The position numbers and the translations under genes were made by a program. This document shows positions 1-9,504 of a stretch of DNA of 54,679 nucleotides, one piece after another. The DNA is taken from NCBI GenBank assembly GCA_937890845.1, contig CALADR010000255.1, positions 1-54,679 on the forward strand, written 5' to 3'. The stretch's first letter is position 1; each line of letters starts with the position of its first letter. Source of the stretch: an uncultured Bacteroidales bacterium (GTDB lineage: Bacteria > Bacteroidota > Bacteroidia > Bacteroidales > UBA932). The notes under the pieces were generated by a model. The model ran no database searches. It saw only the letters and a list, made by a program, of their open reading frames with translations, and had not been told where the DNA came from.

Positions 1-1531
1 TGAGAATCATTGACAATATAAATGCAATAATATTCAGCGGTAATCCGATTCTTGTAAAATCCCTGAATTTATAATTTCCGATACCTTGCGCTATCATATT
101 TGTCTGGTAGCCTATCGGTGAGGAAAAACTTGCAGATGCAGCGATGCAGATAGCTATAAAAAAAGGCATTGGGTTGACATTCAGCTGGGTCGCTGTAGAT
201 AATGCGACTGGAAACGCAAAAGCGGCAGCTGCATTGTTGGTTATCAGTTCAGTTATTACATTTGTTGTAATATATAAAGCAGCGAGGGCAATATGCGGAG
301 ATACGTTTCCTCCAGCCAATGCTGTAAGTTTTTCTGCAATAAAGTCAGCTAGGCCTGAATTTGTCATAGCCTTGCTTATCGCAAGAGCGCTTGCAATGGT
401 TATGAGTATGTCCCAGGATATGAATTTTGTATATTTCTTGGCAGGAAAGAGATTGAGGGCTGCCATTATAACAGTTATGATGCACGCCCAGAAAAACATG
501 TCCATGTTCACAGACGGCAAAAGTGCTCTGATTTTAGGCATTTGACCGAATGTCGCACCGACAATCATAAGTGTGAGAAGTCCCAAAGCTGCCCATTTCT
601 TCCATTTGGCGCTTGGGATTTTGTGCGGCTTGCCATTGCTGAGCATAAGGAACTCACTTGATTCTCCCCAGCTCGTAAAGAAAGAGTCCGGGGCGTCCAA
701 TATCAAGGTATCTCCTTCCTTGAATTCTACTGAATTCAGGTCTGAGAGACTTTCTCCTTTTCTTCGTAGTTCAATTATTCTTGCACCGTATCTTTTTTCG
801 AAATTAAAGTTTGCATACGGAGTGTTGATTCCCCGGAACCTAGGGCCAAGTACCGCTTCTACACGTAACCTGCCGTTGCTTGACGCAGCCATTTCAGCAG
901 GTGTCTTGTCAGATGGAAGCAGTTTGTTGCCAAGCAGTATAATATATAATATTCCGGTTACGGCTATGAATATTCCGACTTTACCAACTTCAAACATACT
1001 GAGTCCATTCAGCCCTGCGTCAAGCATCATGCCGTGTACTACCAGATTAGTGGACGTTCCTATAAGAGTGCACATTCCTCCCAGTATTGCAGAAAAAGAA
1101 AGAGGAATCAGGAATTTTTTGACAGGCTGACCGATCTTCGCCGCCCATTCTTTTATAATCGGCACGAAAATAACTACCAGAGGTGTGTTGTTGAGGAAAG
1201 CGGATATTGCAGCTACTGTAGGCATCATACGTATATATCCGTTTTTTATTCCATTTCCGTTTTTTGCTTTTTTTTCCGGAAGTATTTTGCCTATGACATG
1301 ACCGAGGGCATCACTTCTTCGTACTCCTTCGCTTACCAGGAAAAGCAGTGCTACTGTAATCATTCCTTTATTGCTGAATCCGGACAGGAGTTCTTCAGGA
1401 GTAAGTATGCCTGTACACATGAACAGTATAGCTACAGACATCATAATGAGCCCCGGCCGCATTACATCTGCAACCAGAAGAGCAAGCATTGTAATCAGGG
1501 ATATAAGTACAATTACGATTTCAACATTCAT
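1..1531 (-). CDS. SLC13 (DASS) family permease with TrkA-C/RCK-C segment, putative sulfate/anion symporter; 3' end runs off the window
   Basis: Not in the ORF track. Manual minus-strand translation from ATG 1531 gives MNVEIVIVLISLITML...GFSNKGMITVALLF...SAFLNNTPLVVIF...LIPLSFSAILGGMCTLIGTSTNLVV. The 3' part (FSSPIGYQTN-like) is in the same frame at position 2. Confidence 0.88.
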   Translation of the reverse strand, partial: MNVEIVIVLISLITMLALLVADVMRPGLIMMSVAILFMCTGILTPEELLSGFSNKGMITVALLFLVSEGVRRSDALGHVIGKILPEKKAKNGNGIKNGYIRMMPTVAAISAFLNNTPLVVIFVPIIKEWAAKIGQPVKKFLIPLSFSAILGGMCTLIGTSTNLVVHGMMLDAGLNGLSMFEVGKVGIFIAVTGILYIILLGNKLLPSDKTPAEMAASSNGRLRVEAVLGPRFRGINTPYANFNFEKRYGARIIELRRKGESLSDLNSVEFKEGDTLILDAPDSFFTSWGESSEFLMLSNGKPHKIPSAKWKKWAALGLLTLMIVGATFGQMPKIRALLPSVNMDMFFWACIITVIMAALNLFPAKKYTKFISWDILITIASALAISKAMTNSGLADFIAEKLTALAGGNVSPHIALAALYITTNVITELITNNAAAAFAFPVALSTATQLNVNPMPFFIAICIAASASFSSPIGYQTNMIAQGIGNYKFRDFTRIGLPLNIIAFILSMIL

Positions 1532-1791
1532 TATAGTCACATTATATGTGAGAAAACAGGTTGCTGTCCGACAGTCTTTCCAAAGGTCGGAATCATATTG
1601 GAATTAAAGAACAAATCAATAATCGTGCAAATTACCCTTTCGTCAAGGTATATTATTTGTCAAAAAATCGCTATTTGTATCCTCTTTTTCTCCAAAAAGC
1701 CAGTAACCAAAGAAAATACAATCATGGGAACGTCAATTGATAGAGGTCCGGTCAAACTTATACCTGGTATTGATTTATTCTGCGTTTTTTG

Positions 1792-1799
1792 TATCTTTG
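1792..1799 (+). promoter_or_regulatory. Bacteroidota sigma-A -7 box (TATCTTTG) upstream of ftsY
   Basis: Exact TAnnTTTG match ending 22 bp before ATG 1822. Confidence 0.6.
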
Positions 1800-1821
1800 T
1801 GGGGTTAAACTGGTATATATT

Positions 1822-2706
1822 ATGGGTATATTTGACAAGGGAGTTCAGAAGACCAAACGCAGTTTCTTTGAAAAAATTTCAAGGGCTATTGTCGGCAAAT
1901 CTAAGGTGGATGACAATTTGCTTGATGCCATTGAGGAAGCTCTGGTAGCGTCAGATATGGGCGTTGACACGACCTTGAAGATAATTGACAATCTTGAAGA
2001 ACGTGTGCACAGAGACAAGTATGTGTCTTTTGACGAACTTCTTGATATGCTCAGGGATGAGATACGCAAGCTTTTGGATATTACTGATGAAGATTCAGCC
2101 TACAGCGGAGAGATTCCATTTGATTTTTCCAAAAAGCCGTATGTAATTATGGTTGTAGGGGTTAATGGTGTCGGTAAAACTACTACAATCGGAAAGCTTG
2201 CAGCCCTTCTTAAGTCGCGTGGCAAGAAAGTCGTTCTCGGGGCAGCCGACACGTTCAGGGCTGCGGCTGTAGATCAGCTGACTATATGGGCAGAACGTGC
2301 AGGCGTCGATATAGTTAAACAGGAGATGGGGTCAGATCCGGCTTCTGACACAGCGGGACGCCTTCATAACAGAATTGACCTTATGAATGAACTTACAAAG
2401 ATAAGGAATGTCATGAGAAAGGTGATTCCTGATGCTCCAAATGAGGTACTTCTGGTTCTTGACGGTTCTACAGGGCAGAATGCCTATCAGCAGGCGAAGG
2501 AGTTCTCAAAGGCTACGGATGTAACCTCCCTTGCGGTTACAAAACTTGATGGAACGGCGAAAGGAGGCGTGGTTATCGGTATTACTGACCAGTTTAAGGT
2601 ACCTGTTAAATTCGTCGGAATAGGGGAAGGAATTGATGACTTGAAAGTCTTTGATAAGAAAGAGTTTGTAGAGTCCCTGTTCTCTAAGGAAGATTTCAAG
2701 TCCTGA
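1822..2706 (+). CDS. ftsY: Signal recognition particle receptor FtsY (apparent internal in-frame deletion)
   Basis: GVNGVGKTTT P-loop, DTFRAAA, DTAGR, TKLDGTAKGG and GIGEGIDDL motifs; DPAS directly abuts DTAGR. Confidence 0.95.
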   Translation: MGIFDKGVQKTKRSFFEKISRAIVGKSKVDDNLLDAIEEALVASDMGVDTTLKIIDNLEERVHRDKYVSFDELLDMLRDEIRKLLDITDEDSAYSGEIPFDFSKKPYVIMVVGVNGVGKTTTIGKLAALLKSRGKKVVLGAADTFRAAAVDQLTIWAERAGVDIVKQEMGSDPASDTAGRLHNRIDLMNELTKIRNVMRKVIPDAPNEVLLVLDGSTGQNAYQQAKEFSKATDVTSLAVTKLDGTAKGGVVIGITDQFKVPVKFVGIGEGIDDLKVFDKKEFVESLFSKEDFKS

Positions 2707-2770
2707 GTGTCATAGAGGCGAGGGTGTCCTGGTTCGTATAAATGGAAATGAAAAATAATAAATATTTAAA

Positions 2771-5260
2771 ATGACGATATCTTATAATTGGCTCAAGGAT
2801 TATCTTGAGTGCGATCTCACTGCAGAGCAGGTGGCCGAGGCTCTTACCTCCATCGGTCTTGAGGTCGATTCTCTGGAGCAGATTGAAGAAATTCCCGGCG
2901 GACTTGCCGGAGTCATAGTGGCAGAAGTCGTGGAATGTGTAGAGCATCCTGATTCGGACCATCTTCATATTACGAAGTTGAATACAGGAGAGCCTGAACT
3001 GCTTCAGGTCGTATGCGGAGCTCCGAATGTTGCCGCCGGACAGAAAGTGCTTTTGGCAACTGTCGGGACAAAGCTTGGTGAGGACTTTAAAATAAAAAAA
3101 TCAAAGATCAGGGGTGTAGAGTCCTTCGGTATGATTTGCGCCGAGGATGAACTCGGAATAGGCGAGTCTCATGACGGTATAATGGTGCTTGACCAGTCTG
3201 CAATACCGGGAACACCTGCAAAGGACTATCTGCATCTGGCTACAGACTATGTCATAGAAATAGGACTTACCGCCAACAGGGTCGATGCAGCATCGCATAT
3301 TGGTGTTGCCAGAGATTTGTATGCCTATCTTAGACTCAATAATATTCCTTGTCGTCTGATGATTCCTGATGTAACTTCATTTAAGGAGGGAACAGAAGGA
3401 ATGTGTTCAGAAACGGGTGACCTTAACGGTGCTATTCCTGTGGAGGTATGTGCCCTGGATGGCGCTCCTAGATATTTGGGCATTACAATAAAAGGAGTCA
3501 AGGTGGCGCCTTCTCCGGAATGGTTGCAGAAAAAGCTGCTGTCCATAGGCTTGAAACCTATTAATAATATAGTAGATATAACAAACTTCGTGCAGATGGA
3601 AACAGGACATCCTCTGCATGCTTTCGATGCCGCTGAAATAGGAGGACGTAAGGTCGTTGTGCGTAGGGCTGCTGAAGGAGAGAAGTTTGTAACTCTTGAC
3701 GGAATTGAGAGGACATTGTCGTCAGAAGATCTTATGATAGCAGACATTGAAAAGCCTATGTGTCTTGCAGGTGTCTTCGGAGGTGCCGTTTCCGGAGTAA
3801 AGGAAAGTACCGCCGATATCTTTCTTGAAAGTGCCTATTTCAATCCGGTATCTATCAGAAAGTCATCCAAGAGACACGGCCTTAAGACAGATGCATCCTT
3901 CAGAAATGAAAGAGGTGCTGATCCGCTCATTCCTGAATATGCCGCCAAGCGTGCTGCCCTTCTTATAGAGGAACTGGCAGGAGGAAAGGTCGTTGGAAAA
4001 GTACAGGAGGTTTATCCTGAAAAGATAGAAAAGAAGGTCGTAGAACTTGATTACGACAGAATAGAGGCTTTTATAGGCAAGAAAATAGGACATGATACTA
4101 TAGAGAAAATACTTGGATTTCTTGCATATGACTTCCTTGAAAGGCGTCAGGATGCAGACGGCAATCCTTCCGGATCACGTGTCGCTGTACCGTCTTATAT
4201 GGTGGATGTATATAGGGAATGTGATGTTGTTGAGGAAGTTCTGAGAATTTACGGATATAATAATATCGAACTTCCGTCAGGGATAAGAATGTCCGTGAAT
4301 GCCACAGCAAAGCCAGAGGCGGAAACTGTCAGGAATATCGTTTCAGATTTTCTGGCGGCAAACGGTTTTGTCGAAACGATGAACAATTCCCTTACTAAGG
4401 AGGATTACTATTCGCAACTCACTACCTTCCCTAAGGAAAAATGTGTGCATATTCTCAATCCGTTGAGTTCTGATCTGAATGTTATGAGGCAGACATTGCT
4501 TCTGAATGGTCTTGAAGTGATTTCATACAACCTTAACAGGCAGATTAACTCTCTTAAAATATTCGAATACGGCTCAGTTTACTCTTTTGATCCGAACGGA
4601 GATCCTGCGTTGTTGGATGCGTATAAAGAAAGTACTGCATATGCTTTGTTCATTACCGGTTCTTGCGAGAAGTCATGGTGTGCGGAACTTCACAAGGGCA
4701 GTTATTTTCAGTTGAAAGGATGTCTTGAACTTCTGTTGAAACGTTTCGGAGCTGACATATATTCATTGGAATATGACGCGGCGCCTTCTGACTTGTTCTC
4801 CGAAGGTCTTGTGTATAAATTGCCTGGTACAGCGGAGCCTCTTGCTGTAATGGGAACTGTTGCCAAGGCACGACTTAAGCAGTTTGATATAAAGCAGCCT
4901 GTATTTGCAGCAGAAATTAACTGGCCGGTTTTATTCGAGCTCGTTAAAAGGAATAGGGTCAAATATAGCGAACTTCCAAAATTCCCTGGCGTACGACGTG
5001 ACCTTGCTCTCCTTCTGGACGAAAACGTTGAGTATGCCCAGTTGCGCAAGGCTGCATTCAAGGCAGGTAAGAAACTTATAAAGAGTGTGACCTTGTTTGA
5101 TGTCTATAGAGGAGACAAGATTCCTGCAGGCAAGAAGCAGTATGCGATGGGGTTTGTTTTGCAAGATGCTGACAAGACATTGACAGACAATGAAGTTGAG
5201 AAAGTAATGTCTAAACTGCTTTCTGTGTTTGCTTCTGAGTTCGGAGCGTCATTGAGGTAG
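2771..5260 (+). CDS. pheT: Phenylalanine--tRNA ligase beta subunit
   Basis: MTISYNWL start, VCGAPNV, SFGMICAEDELG, B3/4 domain, C-terminal FDX-ACB (RRDLALL...FDVY); 829 aa. Confidence 0.97.
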   Translation: MTISYNWLKDYLECDLTAEQVAEALTSIGLEVDSLEQIEEIPGGLAGVIVAEVVECVEHPDSDHLHITKLNTGEPELLQVVCGAPNVAAGQKVLLATVGTKLGEDFKIKKSKIRGVESFGMICAEDELGIGESHDGIMVLDQSAIPGTPAKDYLHLATDYVIEIGLTANRVDAASHIGVARDLYAYLRLNNIPCRLMIPDVTSFKEGTEGMCSETGDLNGAIPVEVCALDGAPRYLGITIKGVKVAPSPEWLQKKLLSIGLKPINNIVDITNFVQMETGHPLHAFDAAEIGGRKVVVRRAAEGEKFVTLDGIERTLSSEDLMIADIEKPMCLAGVFGGAVSGVKESTADIFLESAYFNPVSIRKSSKRHGLKTDASFRNERGADPLIPEYAAKRAALLIEELAGGKVVGKVQEVYPEKIEKKVVELDYDRIEAFIGKKIGHDTIEKILGFLAYDFLERRQDADGNPSGSRVAVPSYMVDVYRECDVVEEVLRIYGYNNIELPSGIRMSVNATAKPEAETVRNIVSDFLAANGFVETMNNSLTKEDYYSQLTTFPKEKCVHILNPLSSDLNVMRQTLLLNGLEVISYNLNRQINSLKIFEYGSVYSFDPNGDPALLDAYKESTAYALFITGSCEKSWCAELHKGSYFQLKGCLELLLKRFGADIYSLEYDAAPSDLFSEGLVYKLPGTAEPLAVMGTVAKARLKQFDIKQPVFAAEINWPVLFELVKRNRVKYSELPKFPGVRRDLALLLDENVEYAQLRKAAFKAGKKLIKSVTLFDVYRGDKIPAGKKQYAMGFVLQDADKTLTDNEVEKVMSKLLSVFASEFGASLR

Positions 5261-5269
5261 CTGTTCAAT

Positions 5270-5995
5270 ATGAGGAAAAGTCTCCTTAATATTTTGGCAA
5301 TGTGCGTTATTGTGGCTTTGGCTGTTTCCTGTTCCGGTAAGGCCAGAGTCATTCCGCGCCAGACAATGTCTGAAATATATGCGGAAATGTTCGTTGCAGA
5401 CCAGTGGCTGACTTCAGATTACAAGCTGAGGCGGATGGCGGATACTACGCTCATTTATGGAGGTATATTTGAGAAATACGGATATACGGTTGATGATTAC
5501 CGTCGCAGTATGGAGTATTATATGGGAGATCCGGACCGTTATGCCAGGATATTAAAGCAATCTACATTGATAATAGAGGGAAAAATCAGAGACTTGAAGA
5601 AGGAAAAGGAGCGTCTGCAGGCAATTCATGACAGCAAAGTTGCATCAGACAAGTTCATACCGGAAAGACTCTTTTTCCTTTCAGGCCTTGCAAACAGAGA
5701 CCTGCTGACAGTTGACAGTTTATCGTTTTATATCGACTCGACCGGAGGTCAGTACTGTTTTGATGTACAGAAAGGATATGACACATTGTTTGCAGGTCCT
5801 CAACTCATTGTACTTAAGGATACTGTTACGGTTTCAGAGCCTGCAGTGAATGAGGATACATTGTCTTCAGGTCTGAAAATAAATGGAAAGACACTGCCTG
5901 CTGTTCAGAAAATCGAATACAGGAACGTTGTGGCTCCGGATACCAGGAGTGTCAGAGATATGAAACAAATGAAATACGACAGTTCAAGGAAATGA
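5270..5995 (+). CDS. DUF4296-like lipoprotein
   Basis: Lipobox (LAVSC), VIPRQTMSEIYAEMFVADQW and IFEKYGYT...SMEYY pattern. Confidence 0.65.
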   Translation: MRKSLLNILAMCVIVALAVSCSGKARVIPRQTMSEIYAEMFVADQWLTSDYKLRRMADTTLIYGGIFEKYGYTVDDYRRSMEYYMGDPDRYARILKQSTLIIEGKIRDLKKEKERLQAIHDSKVASDKFIPERLFFLSGLANRDLLTVDSLSFYIDSTGGQYCFDVQKGYDTLFAGPQLIVLKDTVTVSEPAVNEDTLSSGLKINGKTLPAVQKIEYRNVVAPDTRSVRDMKQMKYDSSRK

Positions 5996-7179
5996 ACAGG
6001 ATAGCAGCTGAATATTTATATACATTGGAGTCTCCGAATCCGATATGCAACGGTTTTGTTGAGTTCGAGGATGACGGGACAATTGTTGCGACAGGAGTTT
6101 GCGACAATCTGGAAAAAGAGGAGAAATTTTATAAAGGGGCTATAGTTCCTGGGTTCGTCAACACACATTGCCATATCGAGTTGTCTCATCTTGTCGGGAA
6201 ATTCCGTAAAGGGTCTGGAATGGCCGGTTTTATAGACCAGATCAATGCACTGCGCGAGAGCTCTGGGAAAGAGGAGAGGGTGGCCTGTATTCGCAAATGG
6301 ATGGATATTCTTTGGAATCAGGGCGTTTCTGCCATGGGAGATATAAGTAATTGCGATGAAAGTTTTTCCGTTAAGGCCGTGTCTCCTTTATATACAAGGA
6401 CTTTTCTCGAAGTATTCGGTACAGAGCCTCAGGATGTTGCTGCTGTTATGGAGTCTGCAAGGGAACTTCAAAAGAAAGCTTCAGAACTTGGCCTTGATGC
6501 GGCTCCTGTTCCGCATTCCTGCTATACTATGAGCCCTGAACTTCTTACGGCATCGGCTGCTGATGCTCTAAAATCAGGTTTTCTGTCATATCACTCACAG
6601 GAAAGCCCTGAAGAGGAGGAAATGATAGCGACAGGAAGTGGGGCCTTGTATGAAAATAGAAAGAAGTTGGGGATGGGCACTCCACCTGTTACAGGAAAGT
6701 CATCACTTCTGTATTTCCTTGATAGACTGAAGAAAGTGCATCCGGCTCCTTTTGATGAACATATTTTGCTTGTGCACGAAGTCTGTATGACTGAAGAGGC
6801 TGCAGATGCGGCTAAAGATGCTATGAACAATCTTTTTATCGCACTGTGTCCTATGTCCAATCTTTTCATTCATAATCAGTTACCTCCGATTGCAATGATG
6901 AGGAGGAAGGGATTGAAACTTACCGTAGGTACAGATTCCCTTTCAAGTAACGATACTTTGGATATGGTCAGGGAACTATACTGTATCCATAAGGCCAATC
7001 CTGATATACCATTCGGTGAAATCCTTTCATGGGCTTGTCTCAACGGAGCGGAGTTTCTGGGCAAGTCTGACTTGCTGGGTTCCATTGTACCAGGGAAAAA
7101 GCCTGGTCTGGTTCTGGTTGATAATCTGGATAATAAAGGATGTGTCACTTCAGAAAGCGTTTCTTCGCGACTTATTTAA
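5992..7179 (+). CDS. Metal-dependent amidohydrolase (deaminase-like)
   Basis: PGFVNTHCHIELS HxH motif, HSQES, GTDSLSSN, GSIVPGKKPGLVL; ATGA overlap with the upstream gene. Confidence 0.85.
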   Translation: MNRIAAEYLYTLESPNPICNGFVEFEDDGTIVATGVCDNLEKEEKFYKGAIVPGFVNTHCHIELSHLVGKFRKGSGMAGFIDQINALRESSGKEERVACIRKWMDILWNQGVSAMGDISNCDESFSVKAVSPLYTRTFLEVFGTEPQDVAAVMESARELQKKASELGLDAAPVPHSCYTMSPELLTASAADALKSGFLSYHSQESPEEEEMIATGSGALYENRKKLGMGTPPVTGKSSLLYFLDRLKKVHPAPFDEHILLVHEVCMTEEAADAAKDAMNNLFIALCPMSNLFIHNQLPPIAMMRRKGLKLTVGTDSLSSNDTLDMVRELYCIHKANPDIPFGEILSWACLNGAEFLGKSDLLGSIVPGKKPGLVLVDNLDNKGCVTSESVSSRLI

Positions 7180-7188
7180 ATATATTGT

Positions 7189-7947
7189 ATGCTTAGGTTT
7201 GAAGATATAGTTTTCGGTCCGATACACAGCAGGCGGCTGGGCTCTTCATTGGGTGTGAACCTCCTGCCATCTAAAGGTAAACTGTGTAATTTCGACTGTG
7301 TGTATTGTGAGTGCGGATGGAACAGCGACGGCAGGGATGACAGGAAAATGCCGGATGCATCTGAAGTCAGAGCGGCAATGGAAGAAAAGTTTTCGCAGTT
7401 GGCTTATAATGGTGTGAAAATTGATTCCATTACATTTTCAGGCAACGGTGAGCCTACAATCAATCCTGATTTTTCTGAGATAATAGATATCACTCTGGAA
7501 CTCAGGGATAAATATCTGCCGGGAGCTGCAGTTTCAGTACTGTCTAACGCAACTCTTGCTGGACGTAAGGAGATCCGGGATGCGCTTATGAAAGTAGATA
7601 ATCCTATCTTGAAAATAGATGCCCCTACAGATGAGGGAGTCACAGTAGTGAACAAGCCATGTTTCCCATATAGCATCGAAGAGACAATCAGGCATTTGTC
7701 TGAGTTTGGCGGGAATTTTATCCTTCAGACGATGTTTATGAAATGGGAGAGGTCGGATTCTTCTGATCCTGAATGGCTTGCCGGCTGGATGGATATAGTG
7801 AGAAGGTTAAAGCCTCGTGAGATAATGGTCTATACATTGGACAGAGAAGCCCCGCAAAAAGGACTTGAAAAGTTTACAGTCAGTCAGATGGCTGATTTTG
7901 TCAGACCTCTGACTGATGAAGGGTATAATATTCAGATAAGAGGATGA
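7189..7947 (+). CDS. Radical SAM protein (COG0731/TYW1-like, function unknown)
   Basis: FGPIHSRRLGSSLGVN, CNFDCVYC (CxxxCxxC) and TFSGNGEPT; no SPASM extension. Confidence 0.88.
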   Translation: MLRFEDIVFGPIHSRRLGSSLGVNLLPSKGKLCNFDCVYCECGWNSDGRDDRKMPDASEVRAAMEEKFSQLAYNGVKIDSITFSGNGEPTINPDFSEIIDITLELRDKYLPGAAVSVLSNATLAGRKEIRDALMKVDNPILKIDAPTDEGVTVVNKPCFPYSIEETIRHLSEFGGNFILQTMFMKWERSDSSDPEWLAGWMDIVRRLKPREIMVYTLDREAPQKGLEKFTVSQMADFVRPLTDEGYNIQIRG

Positions 7948-8399
7948 GAACAGTTATACAGAGAGTCCGGAATGCCTCTGTGGAAGTACCGGAGAGCGGT
8001 TACGTGGCATCAATAGGATCAGGCTTGCTGCTTTTGTCTGCTTTTATAGATGGTGATACAGAAGATGATTTGCGGTGGGTGGCAAGAAAGGTTGCGGCAA
8101 TGAGGATATTTGATGACCCAGATGGAGTAATGAACCTTTCTGTTCGTGATGTGAGTGGTGAAGTGTTGATAGTCAGTCAGTTTACTCTGTATGCGTCTAC
8201 AGTAAGAGGTAACAGGCCTTCATATATAAAGGCAGCCAAACCGGAGATATCGGTTCCGCTTTATGAAAGATTTTGTAAATTGGTGGCTGAAGAGCTTGGC
8301 CGCGAAGTAAAGACAGGTGTCTTCGGAGCAGATATGAAAGTTTCTCTTTTGAATGACGGTCCTGTAACAATACTGGTGGATTCCAAAATAAAAGAATAG
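7944..8399 (+). CDS. dtd: D-aminoacyl-tRNA deacylase
   Basis: MRTVIQRV, VSQFTL, GNRPS, NDGPVT motifs. Confidence 0.96.
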   Translation: MRTVIQRVRNASVEVPESGYVASIGSGLLLLSAFIDGDTEDDLRWVARKVAAMRIFDDPDGVMNLSVRDVSGEVLIVSQFTLYASTVRGNRPSYIKAAKPEISVPLYERFCKLVAEELGREVKTGVFGADMKVSLLNDGPVTILVDSKIKE

Positions 8400-8420
8400 A
8401 TATTATAAATATATTGTATT

Positions 8421-9314
8421 ATGACCGATTATTGTGCAAAATATGGTTATTCTCCTGATAAGGAGGCTGTTGACAGGGCTTTGACACTCGTAGCTTCAAA
8501 TCTGGAGAATGTTGTTTCCAGGCAGGTTTTGCTGGACTGCTTTTCCATGATGGATCTTACATCCCTCCGGACAGATGATACTCCGGCTTCCATAGCAAAA
8601 CTGGTAGAGAAAGTCAATGATTTCCAGTCTGAATATCCGGACTTTCCTCTTCCGGCTTCAATTTGTGTCTATCCGAACTTTGCAGAGACAGTCAAAGCTC
8701 ACAAAAAATGTGGCGATGTACATATTACTGTCGTTGCCGGGTGTTTCCCTTCATCCCAGAGCTTTACAGAAGTGAAAGTACGGGAATGTGAACTCGCTGT
8801 CGAGAAAGGAGCGGATGAAGTCGATATAGTATTGTCTTTGAGTTCTTTCCTTGAAGGAAATTATGAGTCAGCATCCGAAGAAATACGTAAAATCAGAGCT
8901 TGTATAGATGCGCAGGCGGCGAAGCAAGGACGTAAGGTTCATTTGAAGGTCATTCTCGAGACAGGTCTTCTGGTATCTCTTGAATCTGTTGCCCAGGCTT
9001 CTTTTCTTGCAATGGAAGCAGGTGCGGATTTCATAAAAACATCTACTGGAAAAGTATCCGTAAATGCTACTCCGGCTGTATCATATGTTATGTGTGAATG
9101 TATTCGTGCATATCACAAAGCTACCGGAAAGAAAATAGGATTCAAGCCTGCCGGAGGAATTTCTACTGCTTTGGATGCTGTATCATACTATACTATTGTA
9201 TCTATGATTTTAGGCAAGGAGTGGCTCAATAAGGATCTTTTCCGTTTCGGAGTCAGCCGTATGGCCAACAATATTATCTCGGAAGTTCTTCAGAAAACGG
9301 TGACATATTTTTAA
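8421..9314 (+). CDS. deoC: Deoxyribose-phosphate aldolase
   Basis: MDLTSL, GADEVDIV, LKVILETG, DFIKTSTGK, GFKPAGGI, RFG. Confidence 0.95.
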   Translation: MTDYCAKYGYSPDKEAVDRALTLVASNLENVVSRQVLLDCFSMMDLTSLRTDDTPASIAKLVEKVNDFQSEYPDFPLPASICVYPNFAETVKAHKKCGDVHITVVAGCFPSSQSFTEVKVRECELAVEKGADEVDIVLSLSSFLEGNYESASEEIRKIRACIDAQAAKQGRKVHLKVILETGLLVSLESVAQASFLAMEAGADFIKTSTGKVSVNATPAVSYVMCECIRAYHKATGKKIGFKPAGGISTALDAVSYYTIVSMILGKEWLNKDLFRFGVSRMANNIISEVLQKTVTYF

Positions 9315-9329
9315 AACGTATATATGGCC

Positions 9330-9372
9330 AAGCTGCTTGAAATCAATGTGAAACACATTTGACAAGCAGCTT
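9330..9372. other. Stem-loop downstream of deoC
   Basis: AAGCTGCTTG...CAAGCAGCTT 10-bp inverted repeat with additional inner pairing (ATGTG/CACAT). Confidence 0.45.
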
Positions 9373-9396
9373 AATAAGGCGTTTTAATATTGTTTC

Positions 9397-9431
9397 AACG
9401 GTCTTGCAGATATCTGTAAGACCGTTTTTTT
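9397..9431 (+). terminator. Rho-independent terminator of the ftsY-pheT-deoC run
   Basis: AACGGTCTTGCAGA-TA-TCTGTAAGACCGTT hairpin followed by a T run. Confidence 0.7.
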
Positions 9432-9504
9432 AACTTAAACGTTTATTATTTATAAACACGGATAATCAGCCATACTTTTGTTTCGTAAATTAAAAACAGG
9501 AGTT

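Noticed and set aside
144..1948. Plus-strand ORFs 144-545, 573-1130 and 1034-1948
   Set aside because: Antisense shadows of the SLC13 permease with no recognisable motifs.
7189..7947. Radical SAM gene as maturase for the GG peptide
   Set aside because: About 40 kb away, no SPASM or RRE domain, embedded in a housekeeping operon.
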